In this document: in pieces, positions 9,679 through 20,465 of the stretch | How the letters are laid out: every line of letters starts with the position of its first letter | Position numbering within the stretch: position 1 is the first letter of the stretch | Source of the DNA: Thermodesulfobacteriota bacterium | GTDB lineage: Bacteria > Desulfobacterota > Desulfarculia > JACQYL01 | Length of the DNA stretch: 64,000 nt | Reading direction: 5' to 3' | Assembly: GCA_963675595.2 (NCBI GenBank) | Contig: CAXXLZ010000002.1 | Coordinates: 3,488,001-3,552,000 of the forward strand | The notes under the pieces: generated by a model | What the model was told of the DNA's origin: nothing | What the model saw: the letters and a program-made list of their open reading frames with translations, nothing else | Databases searched by the model: none | Translations under genes and position numbers: made by a program

Positions 9679-10958
9679 ATATCTGCTGTGTTGTGCACAA
9701 TTTTTTCCCTTATTTCTATACCGGCACGGAACGCTACATCCTCAACGTGTCCAAACAGCTGCAGAAGATGGGCCATCGAGTTGAGGTGCTGACGTACGGA
9801 CTCAAAGACCAGGAGGGAAGCGACTGCTTTCAATCCATGGTCAGGCACGATTATACCTACGAAGGCGTTCCGGTGGTATCCTTTCGGCACAAGACGACCC
9901 CGTCGGAAATACACTATCGGATTTTTTTCCCGGATCTCGAACTTTGCCTTACGGACTATTTCACCAAAGGCAATTTCGATCTGGTGCAGGTGGCTCACCC
10001 CATGCGTGTGGGCAGCTCGGCTCTTAAGGTTGCCAAGTCCTTGGGGATTCCAACGGTACTAACGCTGACCGACTTCTGGTTTCCCTGTCCCCGAGGACGG
10101 ATGTACCAGCCGGATTTCACGATCTGCAGTCATCCGGAGGACGGGGACCGGTGTATCTCGGTTTGCGGCGCTCCGTTGAACGTAGTGAAGCGATACCAGG
10201 AGGCACGCCAAGTCTTCTTCCACCTCGCCGATGCTCTACTGGCGCCGTCTCGACTGCTCATCGAAATCTTTCATCGCCTTGGCTGGGGAAGGGAAATCAC
10301 CCTGGTCAAACATGGTTATCTGTACGAGGGTGTTCCACCGTCGAGAAATCGGAAAAAGGTTTCGGGATCGTTGAGGGTCGGGTACTTCGGGGCCGTGTCC
10401 CATGTCAAAGGAGTGGATTACCTGATCGACTGCTTCAAGAAAGTCCCCGGAAACAACATCAGTCTGGACATTCACGGCGGGTATATCGACGAGAAGGAAT
10501 TTTTCGATTCGTTGATCAAACGGGCCGGCAACGACCCCCGCATTCGGTTCAAAGGCAAGTACGAGATCGAAGAGCTGCCCCGGATCATGGAGGATATCGA
10601 CCTGGTGGTGGTGCCGTCGAATACGCTAGAAAGTTACGGCTTGGTGGTCATCGAGAGTATGGCTCACTACACGCCGGTCATCGCGTCGGACGTTGTGGGA
10701 AGCGCCTACGAATATATCGAGCACGGAGTCAATGGGTATATCTTCAACCTCAAAGAGCCCGAAACGCTGACGCGAATTCTGGAGTCCGTCGCCAACGATC
10801 CGGAGATCGTCGAAAATTGGCGACACAATGTGAAACCTCCTCCACGAATTGAGGAAGAAGTGTTTCTGTTGGAAAATATCTATTCGGGATTGGTTTCCCC
10901 GGACAATACTCCGGCCGCAAGCGCCTTTCAGCATCGCCCCGTGTCGGGAGGGGCCTGA
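9675..10958 (+). CDS. Glycosyltransferase family 4
   Basis: ATGA overlap with the previous gene. FFPYFYTGTE, TLTDFWFPCPR, KGVD, ESYGLVVIESMA. The upstream extension in the ORF track is spurious. Confidence 0.92.
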   Translation: MNICCVVHNFFPYFYTGTERYILNVSKQLQKMGHRVEVLTYGLKDQEGSDCFQSMVRHDYTYEGVPVVSFRHKTTPSEIHYRIFFPDLELCLTDYFTKGNFDLVQVAHPMRVGSSALKVAKSLGIPTVLTLTDFWFPCPRGRMYQPDFTICSHPEDGDRCISVCGAPLNVVKRYQEARQVFFHLADALLAPSRLLIEIFHRLGWGREITLVKHGYLYEGVPPSRNRKKVSGSLRVGYFGAVSHVKGVDYLIDCFKKVPGNNISLDIHGGYIDEKEFFDSLIKRAGNDPRIRFKGKYEIEELPRIMEDIDLVVVPSNTLESYGLVVIESMAHYTPVIASDVVGSAYEYIEHGVNGYIFNLKEPETLTRILESVANDPEIVENWRHNVKPPPRIEEEVFLLENIYSGLVSPDNTPAASAFQHRPVSGGA

Positions 10959-10961
10959 CAC

Positions 10962-11222
10962 ATGCCCGAAACCGCCCCACGAGAACAAGAGGGATCGAAA
11001 CGCAACCAACGGTCCAAGTGGTTGAACGCCCTTGTGGCGGTGCTGCTGCTACTCGGCGGGTTCCTGTTGGCGGCAAACCTGATGGGACTAGTTCAGCGCA
11101 AGATGGCCTCGGAATCTTTCGGCGATCGACTTCCCATCCTGCTGGCTTTGATCGGGATCGCAATCATCGTCTTTACCCTTCGCCGCCGCCGGAACCGTCC
11201 CTCTCATAGCGAGGACGAATAG
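10962..11222 (+). CDS. Small two-TM membrane protein, unknown function
   Basis: GGAGG RBS; starts 3 nt after the GT4 stop; two hydrophobic helices followed by a basic cluster. Confidence 0.65.
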   Translation: MPETAPREQEGSKRNQRSKWLNALVAVLLLLGGFLLAANLMGLVQRKMASESFGDRLPILLALIGIAIIVFTLRRRRNRPSHSEDE

Positions 11223-11238
11223 CACGACCGGGAGACCG

Positions 11239-11787
11239 TCAAGGCGAAACCCGATTTTCGAAAAGATAGTCGAGGAGAAAAAAGATTTCCCGAGACTTCC
11301 TTTCCCGATTTTTCGCCAAATGTATCTGCCAGTCTCCTCCCTCCTCCAGCCCGACGATGATCCCATCCTTCTTTTTGTCCAAGAACGGCTTGTTGTAAGA
11401 AAAGAACTCGAGTTTTTCATTGTCGCCCAGAAGCACTTCCCGTTCTTCGGCAAATAGGCTTGAATTGCCCTCTTGAAGGCGTTCACGGTGGTCTTTGAGG
11501 GGCTCGTACTGGTAGGTTACTCGAACGATTCCCGCCTCCCCGCATTCACAGTGGGCATAGTAGTAGATACCGTCCCGGACGTAGTCGCAGTCCCTCAGGA
11601 AGTCCGAAAGCCGGTCGATGGCCACTTCTCTGGATAAGACCGTTTTGAAATACTCGTTCTTGTCTTTCGCGAGTTGCTCTCTTGCGGCGCTTCCCGAGCA
11701 TCCCGCTAATAGAACCGCCAGCAGGGCGAAGCTGACCGCCATCCTTGCCGTTGCGCTTACTGTTCGCCGAAAGGCCCCTAAATGCAT
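11239..11787 (-). CDS. Putative lipoprotein, unknown function
   Basis: Lipobox LLAG-C after a hydrophobic stretch; abuts the usp stop codon. Confidence 0.7.
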   Translation of the reverse strand: MHLGAFRRTVSATARMAVSFALLAVLLAGCSGSAAREQLAKDKNEYFKTVLSREVAIDRLSDFLRDCDYVRDGIYYYAHCECGEAGIVRVTYQYEPLKDHRERLQEGNSSLFAEEREVLLGDNEKLEFFSYNKPFLDKKKDGIIVGLEEGGDWQIHLAKNRERKSREIFFLLDYLFENRVSP

Positions 11788-11790
11788 TTG

Positions 11791-12258
11791 TCATCCAATT
11801 CCGGGATTTACCGTGACGACCGGGCGGGGTGAGTGGAGAATGATGTATTGGGCGGTGCTCCCGAACAAGGCTTTTCCCGTTGGGCTTCGTTTCTGGATGC
11901 CCACCACGATACAATCGATCTTATCCCCTTCCTCCTGAAGAAACTTGATGATGTCGGGTCCGACGCCATTGCCCATATTCAACACCCGGGCTTCGCATTC
12001 CAACCCAGCCGCTCGAATTTCCTTCTCCGCGTCTTCGAGCATTTCGTGTATCGACTCGGTGATGGCCTGCCTGTAATGCTCGGCGACTTCGGAAAAACTC
12101 AGACTTCGAATGATGGGATTCTTGTCCGTAAGTGTTTTTTCAGGCGGCAAAGCGTAAACCAACAACAAGGAAGCGTTCTTATCAAGGGCTTCTCCGATGG
12201 CGTATTTCAACGCTCTTACAGCGGAATCCGTTCCGTCGTAGGCAACCGCGATAGCCAT
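11791..12258 (-). CDS. Universal stress protein
   Basis: IAVAYDGT...A...A, IVVG...GKALFGSTAQYIILHSPRPVVTV. Start MAIAVAYDG with a GGAGG RBS. Confidence 0.9.
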   Translation of the reverse strand: MAIAVAYDGTDSAVRALKYAIGEALDKNASLLLVYALPPEKTLTDKNPIIRSLSFSEVAEHYRQAITESIHEMLEDAEKEIRAAGLECEARVLNMGNGVGPDIIKFLQEEGDKIDCIVVGIQKRSPTGKALFGSTAQYIILHSPRPVVTVNPGIG

Positions 12259-12570
12259 GATCCATCCCTCCCCAGGGGGTAATGAACAGCCGCCGGCCAA
12301 TCCGTCCCGAGTCGTCCGCATCGGCCTGATACCGGCTCGCCTTCTTGTGTTCTTCCAAGAATGGGAAAATTCATCATATCATAGCTTGAAGTGGTGAGTG
12401 ATCTTTTTATCCACGGTCGTGCAAAAGGGCGATTCACAGGGGGCCGTCCCTTCAGCTCAGTCTACCGAGGCTCACACGTTGATACCTATCCCACGTTCAT
12501 GCAACCGCACCGACGTTTTGTTTATTTCCGCCCCACTCCGAAGCGATTCGGAGAGGGGCTTTTCGAAGCA

Positions 12571-12774
12571 TCAGTGAACACCGTAGGCGCAAAACGCACT
12601 ACTCCTCAGGCCTGATCGGCAGAAATACTCGTCGGACCGATCGGCTCGATGAGAGGATACCCACTCGGCCCATTCGTCCGGTTGAAACTCCATCACCGGG
12701 CGGCCGTCGTGGTCTTCATATCGTAAATGAGCGAGGTGTTCTCGCAAGCTTTCTTTTTTTGATGTATGATTCAT
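12571..12774 (-). CDS. Small hypothetical protein
   Basis: AAAGGAG upstream of ATG 12774; no recognisable motif. Confidence 0.4.
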   Translation of the reverse strand: MNHTSKKESLREHLAHLRYEDHDGRPVMEFQPDEWAEWVSSHRADRSDEYFCRSGLRSSAFCAYGVH

Positions 12775-13156
12775 GGAATCGTCATCTCCTTTCAACTCCC
12801 CTTCCTGTTATGGAAGGTATGATCGTTTTGCGGTGGGTCAAGAGGAAGGAAGAGCGGCTTTCGGCGGTGGGGCGGGAACGGACGCAACCCGGGCCGGACG
12901 GCCACTGTCTGAGGCTTGAAAACCGGGAGGTCGACGAACCCAAGATCGGATTTGCGCGGGTCGTTGCTTTCCGTAATTTCTTGTTTGTCGGCTCAGAGAA
13001 CGCAGACCGAAAGTTTGATGCGGTTACACGTCGTTGGTCGCTGCGGTGCAGAAGGCAAACTTCTTAGAGGCTTGTCCGCACGATTTGCTGAAAGGACCGA
13101 CCGAGGGGTCGCTTCATTTCGAAAGCCGTCAATTCACAAGAGAGGAAGAAAACCAA

Positions 13157-14266
13157 ATGAAAAACGCGGCTTGGTACGTTGTGGCCACGTTGGGCCTTAT
13201 GGTGCTGATGCTGTACGGTCAGACTTACTCGCAGGAGAACCCTTCCCTGCGGCCCGGAGACAGATTTCCTCTTACCTCTCTTCCCACGCCCCCTTCAGAA
13301 AAGGATCGAGCCTATCTGGGGACCGAGACGGCGGAAGCCCTTGATATGGCGGCCATCCCGGCTGATGTTCTGGTAGTGGAACTTTTGAATGTCTACTGTC
13401 TGAGTTGCCGTCGACAGGCGCCGGTGTTTGGTGAGCTGGTTAAGGCGATCGAGCCCCTTGACGGCGGGGACAGGGTCAAGTTCCTGGGGATCGCGGCGGG
13501 AAACGATCAAGAAGAATCCGACGACTTCAGGAGAGAATTCGATCTTCCTTTTCCGGTCATTCCGGATCCACATTTTGAGCTTTACGAGGCCCTTGGAGGG
13601 ACTCGCACCCCATTGACCATTATGCTTCGCAGAAACCCGGAAACCGGGGAACTCATCGTGATGAGGGTTCATCTGGGTTTCAAAGGAGATGTGGGGGAGT
13701 TGGCGGACGAAGTGGCGGCCGTGGCCGGCATGGACATGAGTCAAGTTCGGGTTGCCGGGCCGAAACCGGAAATCGGGGGAGTTCCGATCAGGCCTGCGTT
13801 GAAAGTCGGAACTCTGGAGGAACGAGTTCGTGAAGCACTTTCCGAGGCGGCGGGAGAACCAATGAACGCGGTGAAGGCCGGTTCGAAGAGCTATCGAACC
13901 ATCTACGCGGGTTGCCGCCTCGACGGATCGAAATCCGCGGCCGCCTTGTTTGCGGTGGTGGTGGCCAGGGAGGTCCCCTGCGACCTCTGCCACGACGTGC
14001 ATTTTATCTACGTATTAAACGAGTCCGGCGAGTTGGCGCACTTCGTTCCCATCGAGCTGAGCAAATATGGGAATGAGCCTTTTACCGAAGAAGACTACGA
14101 CAAGCTCAGGGCGAATCTTGTGGGCAAGGACGTTCGCCGTCGCGTGGAATTTCGTCCTCAAGTGGATTCGGTTGCCGGCGCCACGATTTCCAGTTCCGTG
14201 GTTTTCGATAGTGTATCCAATGGAACGGCGTTGCTCGAAGAATTTAAGAACACGCCCTGTAATTGA
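13157..14266 (+). CDS. Exported TlpA/redoxin-like protein with C-terminal CxxCH and FMN-binding-type motif
   Basis: Signal peptide MKNAAWYVVATLGLMVLMLYG; VVELLNVYCLSC...FPVIPDP...TP (Trx fold); CDLCH; VDSVAGATISS. Confidence 0.8.
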   Translation: MKNAAWYVVATLGLMVLMLYGQTYSQENPSLRPGDRFPLTSLPTPPSEKDRAYLGTETAEALDMAAIPADVLVVELLNVYCLSCRRQAPVFGELVKAIEPLDGGDRVKFLGIAAGNDQEESDDFRREFDLPFPVIPDPHFELYEALGGTRTPLTIMLRRNPETGELIVMRVHLGFKGDVGELADEVAAVAGMDMSQVRVAGPKPEIGGVPIRPALKVGTLEERVREALSEAAGEPMNAVKAGSKSYRTIYAGCRLDGSKSAAALFAVVVAREVPCDLCHDVHFIYVLNESGELAHFVPIELSKYGNEPFTEEDYDKLRANLVGKDVRRRVEFRPQVDSVAGATISSSVVFDSVSNGTALLEEFKNTPCN

Positions 14267-14376
14267 CGCGCGGCGGGATGTCGAGAAAACCGATTTGAGG
14301 CGTTGCGCTTCCTCCCACGGTGGCCGGACTTTTTAGCTTGGCTGTCGCACGGTTGAGTTCGCCGAGGATTAGATGC

Positions 14377-14417
14377 AAAAGGCCGACCCTCCCAACCGAC
14401 TGAGGGGGTCGGCCTTC
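14377..14417 (-). terminator. Intrinsic terminator between convergent genes
   Basis: AAGGCCGACCC...GGGTCGGCCTT stem with a U-run on the minus strand after the hesB-like gene. Confidence 0.7.
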
Positions 14418-14469
14418 TATTCTCCACAGATGGCCGGAAACGGAATGTTCCGGGACACGCCTCAGCGTA

Positions 14470-14781
14470 TCAGCAAGAACAGGAACTACCGCAGGATTTT
14501 GGGGTGAATTTCTCAGCGGTCACCGAAAATCCCGACTGCCATCCTCTTTCCACGAAGTCTACCGTGATGCTGCCCATACGATCCATCAGACCTTCGTCCA
14601 CGAGATACTTGAGTCCGTCGAGATCGAAAACCTTATCGCTGTTTTTTGGCTCATCCAGAGCCAATTGCAGAGACGGGCCACCTCACCCGCCTTCCGCCCA
14701 ATAAACGCGAACCGGTTTGGGATTCTGTCCTTGGAAGTACTCCAGGAACTTATCATGCGCTTCGTTGGTAACCGTCAGCAT
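14470..14781 (-). CDS. IscA/HesB-like selenoprotein (UGA = Sec at codon 33)
   Basis: ATG 14781 with RBS GAAAGGAAGG gives MLTVTNEAHDKFLEYFQGQNPKPVRVYWAEGG-U-GGPSLQLALDEPK...SCGSSCSC. In-frame TGA at 14685-14683. Confidence 0.9.
14646..14664 (-). promoter_or_regulatory. Putative bacterial SECIS hairpin
   Basis: mRNA UUGGCUC-UGGAU-GAGCCAA: perfect 7-bp stem starting 19 nt after the UGA, with G in loop position 2. Confidence 0.7.
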
Positions 14782-15212
14782 ATTACCTTCCTTTCAACCA
14801 ATTTTTGGCCATCCAAAAGATGATTCAAGTTCTGCCATTTCTTTTATTCACTAACTCCGCCGAAGTCAAGAGCACGACTCAATCCGGAATAATCACAACG
14901 CATTGTGCAAGCTATATCCGCCTCTCGTTTCGCCCTGTTCAAACGAACCCCGCTTTTTCCCAACGCCGATGAGATGGGCCGATACCAAGCCGCTCGTCGC
15001 CGCTGCGATTCGGAAAAGAGAATATTTATGCCGAATTCAACCCTCCCCTCTCTTCCCTGTCTCACCGACCCGCGAGGCCTTCCGTGATCTTGCGGCCGGC
15101 GTAGACACTTGCGTTTAAACACAAACGAATTAAAATGTTTCTATATGGATAGACGTTAAGAGATCGTAAACGGGTTTTCGTTACACGACGGCTCGAAAAA
15201 GGGGAGGTTGAA

Positions 15213-15875
15213 ATGAATGAGAAAAAACGTGAATTACTTGCGATCTTCCCACTTCCCAATTTTGTTTTGTTTCCGGGCATTGTTGTTCCCCTGAACATAT
15301 TCGAACCCAGATATGTGACTATGATCAAGGATGTAATTGAAGGGGAGGGCGAATTCGGCATTGTGGCCCTGAAGTCCGGTTGGGAGTCGGACTATCTCGG
15401 CAATCCTCCCGCCTACAGCGTGGGATGTAAGGTGTCCCTGGTTCAGGAAGAGGAGCTGCCGGACGGCCGTTTCAACGTTCTGGTCCGGGCTTACGAAAAG
15501 TTTCGCATCGAAAAGGAGATTCCGGGTAAACCCTACCGCCGCGCTTTTGTGGTACCTTTGGAGGAACGGGAAGTCGCGGGCGAAGAAAAGGGAATCGAAC
15601 TTTGCGAGACACTGCTTTCTCGGGTGGCGGATTGCGGCGACCGTTTCATCGACGGCGAGCAAATCAAGGAGTTGACCGTACTTGACCCATCGGTCTTCAT
15701 TAACGCGGTTTCCTACTTGAGCCTTTTAGACACTTGTTCGAAGCAATTCCTCCTGGAGGCCGACGGGGTAACCGATCGGTACGAGAAGTACATGCAACTC
15801 GCCGAATTTGATCGCGCCGGATATCCCTCTAGGAGTGGCCCCATGGAGACGGGTCGGGACGAGCGGGTGCACTGA
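15213..15875 (+). CDS. Lon protease N-terminal (substrate-binding) domain protein, stand-alone
   Basis: IFPLPNFVLFPGIVVPLNIFEPRY...LPDGRFNVLV...KQFLLE. Confidence 0.88.
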   Translation: MNEKKRELLAIFPLPNFVLFPGIVVPLNIFEPRYVTMIKDVIEGEGEFGIVALKSGWESDYLGNPPAYSVGCKVSLVQEEELPDGRFNVLVRAYEKFRIEKEIPGKPYRRAFVVPLEEREVAGEEKGIELCETLLSRVADCGDRFIDGEQIKELTVLDPSVFINAVSYLSLLDTCSKQFLLEADGVTDRYEKYMQLAEFDRAGYPSRSGPMETGRDERVH

Positions 15876-15968
15876 GGAGAAGATTTCCGCGGGGGGAAAG
15901 AGCGGGCTCAGAATGCCTTTCCCCATAATTCGGCCCAGCCTCTTGAGCAACATAACATCACGAGGGAA

Positions 15969-16424
15969 ATGGTGTCGTACTCGGAACATAATACCGAGGA
16001 CTGGAACGGGGATGAGAATCGAAACGCGGCGGAGCGACTCCGCCGTTGGCATTTTTCGAAGTCGGACAAGCCCTGTCGATGTCCCGTTGCATGGGCGTCC
16101 GAGGTGGAGAGCCTGCTGCTCGACCTGCATCGTCGGTTCCCTCAAGCTCGACTCGTTCAATTCGGGCAACTGGTCGGCCGGATGTTTCTGGTCGTTCGTG
16201 GGCTGAATGACGAAGAGTCGGCGCAGCTCAAGGAGATGATTATGAGGTGCGAGTTGCGACTCTCCAAACGAGGGGCGTATCAAGATTTGAGCCAGTTGTT
16301 GGGCATTCTCGAAAAAGCCCCGGAACCGACCGGCGGCCGCGTCCCGAGACGACCCTACGCCGAATTGTTGGCCCGGCTGGAAAAAGAGAGCCGGGAGGGA
16401 ACCCCGTGCCCCGGCGAGGAGTAG
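15969..16424 (+). CDS. Hypothetical protein
   Basis: GAGG RBS; 151-aa ORF co-oriented with its neighbours. Confidence 0.6.
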   Translation: MVSYSEHNTEDWNGDENRNAAERLRRWHFSKSDKPCRCPVAWASEVESLLLDLHRRFPQARLVQFGQLVGRMFLVVRGLNDEESAQLKEMIMRCELRLSKRGAYQDLSQLLGILEKAPEPTGGRVPRRPYAELLARLEKESREGTPCPGEE

Positions 16425-16508
16425 TCTTTAGGATGCCGCCTTCCGGCCGGAACAATCTGCTTGCAAGGCCTCAGGGCCTATGTTAAAGCAAGGCCGATCG
16501 GTCCTTCT

Positions 16509-16955
16509 ATGGCGTTGCGGTTAATACATCGTACTCTGACTTTTCAGGGGACCTCGGACACGGATGTTATCGACATCACGGATCGCGTTCGGGATATCTT
16601 GGAAGAGTCGGGAGTGGAGGAAGCTCGGGTCACCCTGTTCGTGCCCGGCTCTACAGCCGCGTTGACCACCATCGAGTACGAAAGCGGGGTGGTAAACGAC
16701 TTGGTGGCGGCGATTAATCGTCTTGCGCCCAAGGAGATCGACTATGCTCATGATCGGCGCTGGGGAGACGGGAACGGGTACTCCCACGTGAGGGCGGCGT
16801 TGTTGGGACCGTCCTTAACCATTCCCGTGCATTCCGGTAGACTCACCTTGGGAACCTGGCAGCAAGTTGTTCTTCTCGATTTCGATAATCGTCCCCGCCA
16901 GAGAAAAGTCATCCTTCAAATAATGGGAGAAGCTGCGGACCTATCCGACGGTTAA
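16509..16955 (+). CDS. yjbQ: YjbQ / UPF0047 family protein
   Basis: DIT...GSTAALTTIEYE...GNGYSHVRAALLGPS...LGTWQQVVLLDFD. Confidence 0.9.
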   Translation: MALRLIHRTLTFQGTSDTDVIDITDRVRDILEESGVEEARVTLFVPGSTAALTTIEYESGVVNDLVAAINRLAPKEIDYAHDRRWGDGNGYSHVRAALLGPSLTIPVHSGRLTLGTWQQVVLLDFDNRPRQRKVILQIMGEAADLSDG

Positions 16956-17062
16956 GGTCGGGTGGACGATTTCGCCGTTTTTCTGAATTTTCGTTCTGCC
17001 CAAGGAGAGATTGACGGTTCCCCCGGAGATCCCGAAGGCACGAGAGGACATAGAGGTATCGG

Positions 17063-18100
17063 TTGACATCGGGCAAGGAAACAAATCAAAAATCGCAAAC
17101 GACACGGCTGATGCTGGAAAGCAATGCCGGAGCTCGAACTCTGTATGGAGAATACAACGGCAATCTCAAATTGATTCAACGCAGACTCGGAGTGGACATC
17201 CGGGCTAGAGGGAACGAGTTGGTGGTTTCCGGAGAGCCCGCGCAGGTTTCCATGGCGAGGAAGGTATTGCTTGAATTATACCAATTGGTTGAAGATGGTT
17301 ATTCTTTGTATCCAAAAGACGTGGAAATGGCCGTGAGGGCGGTTGACGGCGAAGGCGGCGCTCCCCTGAAGGAGATTTTCGAGGAGCGGATTTCGGTTCC
17401 TTCCAAGAAATGCGTGGTGGTGCCGAAAAGCCTGAATCAGAAAAGATATGTTGAAGCCATCAGGAAGCACGACCTGGTTTTCGGCATCGGTCCGGCGGGA
17501 ACGGGTAAGACGTACCTGGCCATGGCCATGGCCGTGTCCGCACTCGCCAAAAGCGAAGTCAGCCGAATTGTGCTGGCCAGGCCGGCGGTGGAGGCCGGCG
17601 AGAAACTGGGCTTTCTTCCGGGGGATCTTTATGAGAAAGTGGATCCCTATCTTCGACCTTTGTATGATGCGCTTCACGATATGATGGACTACGAATACGC
17701 TTCAAGGTCCATCCACAAAGGGACCATCGAAGTGGCGCCTCTGGCGTATATGAGAGGACGCACGCTGAACGATTCTTTCATCGTCCTGGACGAGGCTCAG
17801 AACAGTACCACGGAGCAGATGAAAATGTTTTTGACCCGGCTGGGATTCGGTTCCAAGGCCGTGGTGACCGGAGACATCACTCAGATCGACCTTCCATCGG
17901 GAACAACTTCCGGTTTGGTGGAGGCGAAGAACATTCTAGGAGGCATTCGAGGCATTCAGTTCGTCTTTTTCAGTCGGGAAGATGTGGTCCGGCATCGGAT
18001 CGTCCAAGACATAATCGACGCCTACGAGAAGATGAATCAAGGGCGCGCGCAAGCGAGAAGACATGGAGAAGCTGAAGAAGCCCCCGAAACCGAAAATTAG
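17063..18100 (+). CDS. phoH: PhoH-family ATPase
   Basis: [46 protein letters not shown]. Start uncertain. Confidence 0.95.
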   Translation: MTSGKETNQKSQTTRLMLESNAGARTLYGEYNGNLKLIQRRLGVDIRARGNELVVSGEPAQVSMARKVLLELYQLVEDGYSLYPKDVEMAVRAVDGEGGAPLKEIFEERISVPSKKCVVVPKSLNQKRYVEAIRKHDLVFGIGPAGTGKTYLAMAMAVSALAKSEVSRIVLARPAVEAGEKLGFLPGDLYEKVDPYLRPLYDALHDMMDYEYASRSIHKGTIEVAPLAYMRGRTLNDSFIVLDEAQNSTTEQMKMFLTRLGFGSKAVVTGDITQIDLPSGTTSGLVEAKNILGGIRGIQFVFFSREDVVRHRIVQDIIDAYEKMNQGRAQARRHGEAEEAPETEN

Positions 18101-20465
18101 GAACAAACGCCTCCTATCCCTTCAGGATTTGCTGGTGCGCTCCTCGGTCCCCAAGTGGGTCCTTCTCGCGCTGCTCGCCCCGGTAATCGCCTTTCTCTTG
18201 TCCAGCAAGTCATTGACGGGACTGAAAGCTTACCAAGTGGGCGATGTTGCCGAGAGCAGCGTGAAAGCCGACCTCACCTATCTGGTCAAAGATTCGGAAT
18301 CCACGGACGAAAGGCGACGCCAAGCGGAAGAGTCCGTTCCCGCGGTATATGACTACGATCCCACGATGGACAAGAAGATCAGCGCCAGACTTCACAGCGC
18401 TTTCGCGGATATGCGTAAGCTGTTTTTCGAGAGTTCGGCCTCGGACCCCGAAGAGGGGCAAACCAACACCGAAGAAATCATGCGAACGGGTTTGGATAAC
18501 TGGAATCAGGCTTTTCGCATGGACCTGGATGGGGAGTCGTTCCGGATCTTGGTTCGAGCCAATTTTTCCGAAGATGTGGAGAACCTGATCCTGTTCCTTA
18601 TACAGCCGGTGCTCCGGCAAGGCGTTTTGGCGACCAAGGAAGTACGATACGCGGATCCTGAACGGGGTATTTTGGTAAGGAATATCGAAACGCTGGAAGA
18701 AGAACTGGTTACGGATATCGATCGCTTCTTGTCCCTGCGTGAAGCGAGGCAGGCCATCGAACGTCGCGCCTCCGATTTCCTCCGTCAGTACAAATACCCG
18801 TCCCTGATGCTGTCCGTAAGAATCGCCCAGGAGCTGGCGGTTCCAAATCTTACGCTGAACAAGGTGGAGTGGGAGCGGCGAAGGAAGGCGGCGGGACAAG
18901 TCATCAAGCCGGTGTATTATCAGGTAAAAAAAGGAGAGATGATCGTCAGGGAGGGGGACAAAATCACCCAGCAAAAACTGGATGAACTGGCGACCCTTTC
19001 CGAGTTGCGGAACGAGAGCAGGATCTGGATTCGTTTCGTGGGCCTGGCGCTGCTGCTGGGAGTGCTGTTCTACGTTGCGGTGGAGAGCATGGGTCAGATG
19101 AAGCCCAAGATACGCTTCAACAACAGGGACCTTCTGTTCCTGGCTCTGATTCTACTCCTCGGCTTTGTGATCGCGTTACCGGCGGGACAATTGGGAAATT
19201 TCGATTTCAACGTGGAGTTCTTCATGTTTCCGCTTTCTTCCACGTTGTACGGAACTCCCCTTTCCATGGGCGCGATGATGGTCAGCATCTTTTTCGGGGT
19301 GTCCGCGGCGCTCGTTTTTGCTCTGGTCATGGCTTGTGTGGGCGCCCTGGTGATCCAGAACAGCATCTTCTTCTTCATCTATTTCCTGGTGGGTGGGTTC
19401 GTGGCCGCCATATCCGTCCAGGACTGCCGTGAACGCGGGGTCTTGCTCAAAGCGGGGCTCCTGGTCGGACTGTGCAACATCTTCGTTGTCGTGGCCATCA
19501 ACATGAGTCTGGACCGACTGCTCACCGAAGCCGCGTTGTACGATGCCATGTTTGCTTTGCTCGGCGGCGTGATCGCGGGGATCTTCGTCACCGGGTTGAT
19601 TCCTCTGGGCGAAATGGCGTTCGGCTACACCACCAACATCAAGCTGCTGGAATTGGCAAATCTGGATTCCCCCTTGCTCAAGCAGCTCATGATCGTGGCT
19701 CCCGGTACCTACCACCACAGCCTTATCGCAGGAACCATGGTCGAAGCCGCGGCCAAAGCCATAGGCGCCAACTCACTTCTGTGCAAAGTGGCTGCTTATT
19801 ATCATGATCTGGGAAAGATCAAGAAGCCCGATTATTTCATTGAAAACCAAACGGGACGGAACCGGCACGAAAAATTGGCCCCCTCCATGAGCAGCCTGAT
19901 TTTGATTTCGCACGTGAAGGAAGGGGTGGAATTGGCGCGAACTCATCGGCTGGGCGGAGCCATCATCGACATTATCCAGCAGCACCACGGTACGTCTCTG
20001 ATCTCCTACTTCTATAACAAAGCCAAGGAGATGAGAGGTCAGGATGCGGCCGCTCTGGAAGAGGACGACTTCCGATATCCCGGACCCAGGCCTCAGACCA
20101 AGGAGGCCGGCCTGGTATTGCTCGCGGACATGGTGGAAGCCGCCTCTCACACTTTGCAGAACCCCACGCCCGCCAGGGTGCAGGGCATGGTTCAGAAGAT
20201 CATCAACAAAGCCTTTTCCGACGGTCAACTCGACCAATGCGAGTTGACCCTCAAAGATTTGCACGAGGTGGCCAAGAGCTTCAAACAGATACTCAACGGC
20301 ATTTTTCATCAGAGAATCGAATACCCGGAATCGGCGGAAAAGGGAGCTCCCCCTGCGAGAAGCAAAGAAAACGGTGCGCTTAGACAACCGGCAGCGGCGA
20401 CAAAAAGTCAACGTATCGAGCCTCAAGAGCAGGATCAGGACAATCTTAAGCGCCTTGGCATCTGA
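18063..20465 (+). CDS. 7TM-HD phosphohydrolase (PgpH/YqfF-like c-di-AMP phosphodiesterase family)
   Basis: Extracellular domain, multiple TM helices, [41 protein letters not shown]. Conserved phoH-HD-ybeY order. Confidence 0.9.
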   Translation: MEKLKKPPKPKIRNKRLLSLQDLLVRSSVPKWVLLALLAPVIAFLLSSKSLTGLKAYQVGDVAESSVKADLTYLVKDSESTDERRRQAEESVPAVYDYDPTMDKKISARLHSAFADMRKLFFESSASDPEEGQTNTEEIMRTGLDNWNQAFRMDLDGESFRILVRANFSEDVENLILFLIQPVLRQGVLATKEVRYADPERGILVRNIETLEEELVTDIDRFLSLREARQAIERRASDFLRQYKYPSLMLSVRIAQELAVPNLTLNKVEWERRRKAAGQVIKPVYYQVKKGEMIVREGDKITQQKLDELATLSELRNESRIWIRFVGLALLLGVLFYVAVESMGQMKPKIRFNNRDLLFLALILLLGFVIALPAGQLGNFDFNVEFFMFPLSSTLYGTPLSMGAMMVSIFFGVSAALVFALVMACVGALVIQNSIFFFIYFLVGGFVAAISVQDCRERGVLLKAGLLVGLCNIFVVVAINMSLDRLLTEAALYDAMFALLGGVIAGIFVTGLIPLGEMAFGYTTNIKLLELANLDSPLLKQLMIVAPGTYHHSLIAGTMVEAAAKAIGANSLLCKVAAYYHDLGKIKKPDYFIENQTGRNRHEKLAPSMSSLILISHVKEGVELARTHRLGGAIIDIIQQHHGTSLISYFYNKAKEMRGQDAAALEEDDFRYPGPRPQTKEAGLVLLADMVEAASHTLQNPTPARVQGMVQKIINKAFSDGQLDQCELTLKDLHEVAKSFKQILNGIFHQRIEYPESAEKGAPPARSKENGALRQPAAATKSQRIEPQEQDQDNLKRLGI

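Noticed and set aside
12920-13150. c-di-GMP-I riboswitch suggested by GGCAAAC near 13054
   Set aside because: The paired GNRA stem and the GCAAAG/second hairpin do not follow.
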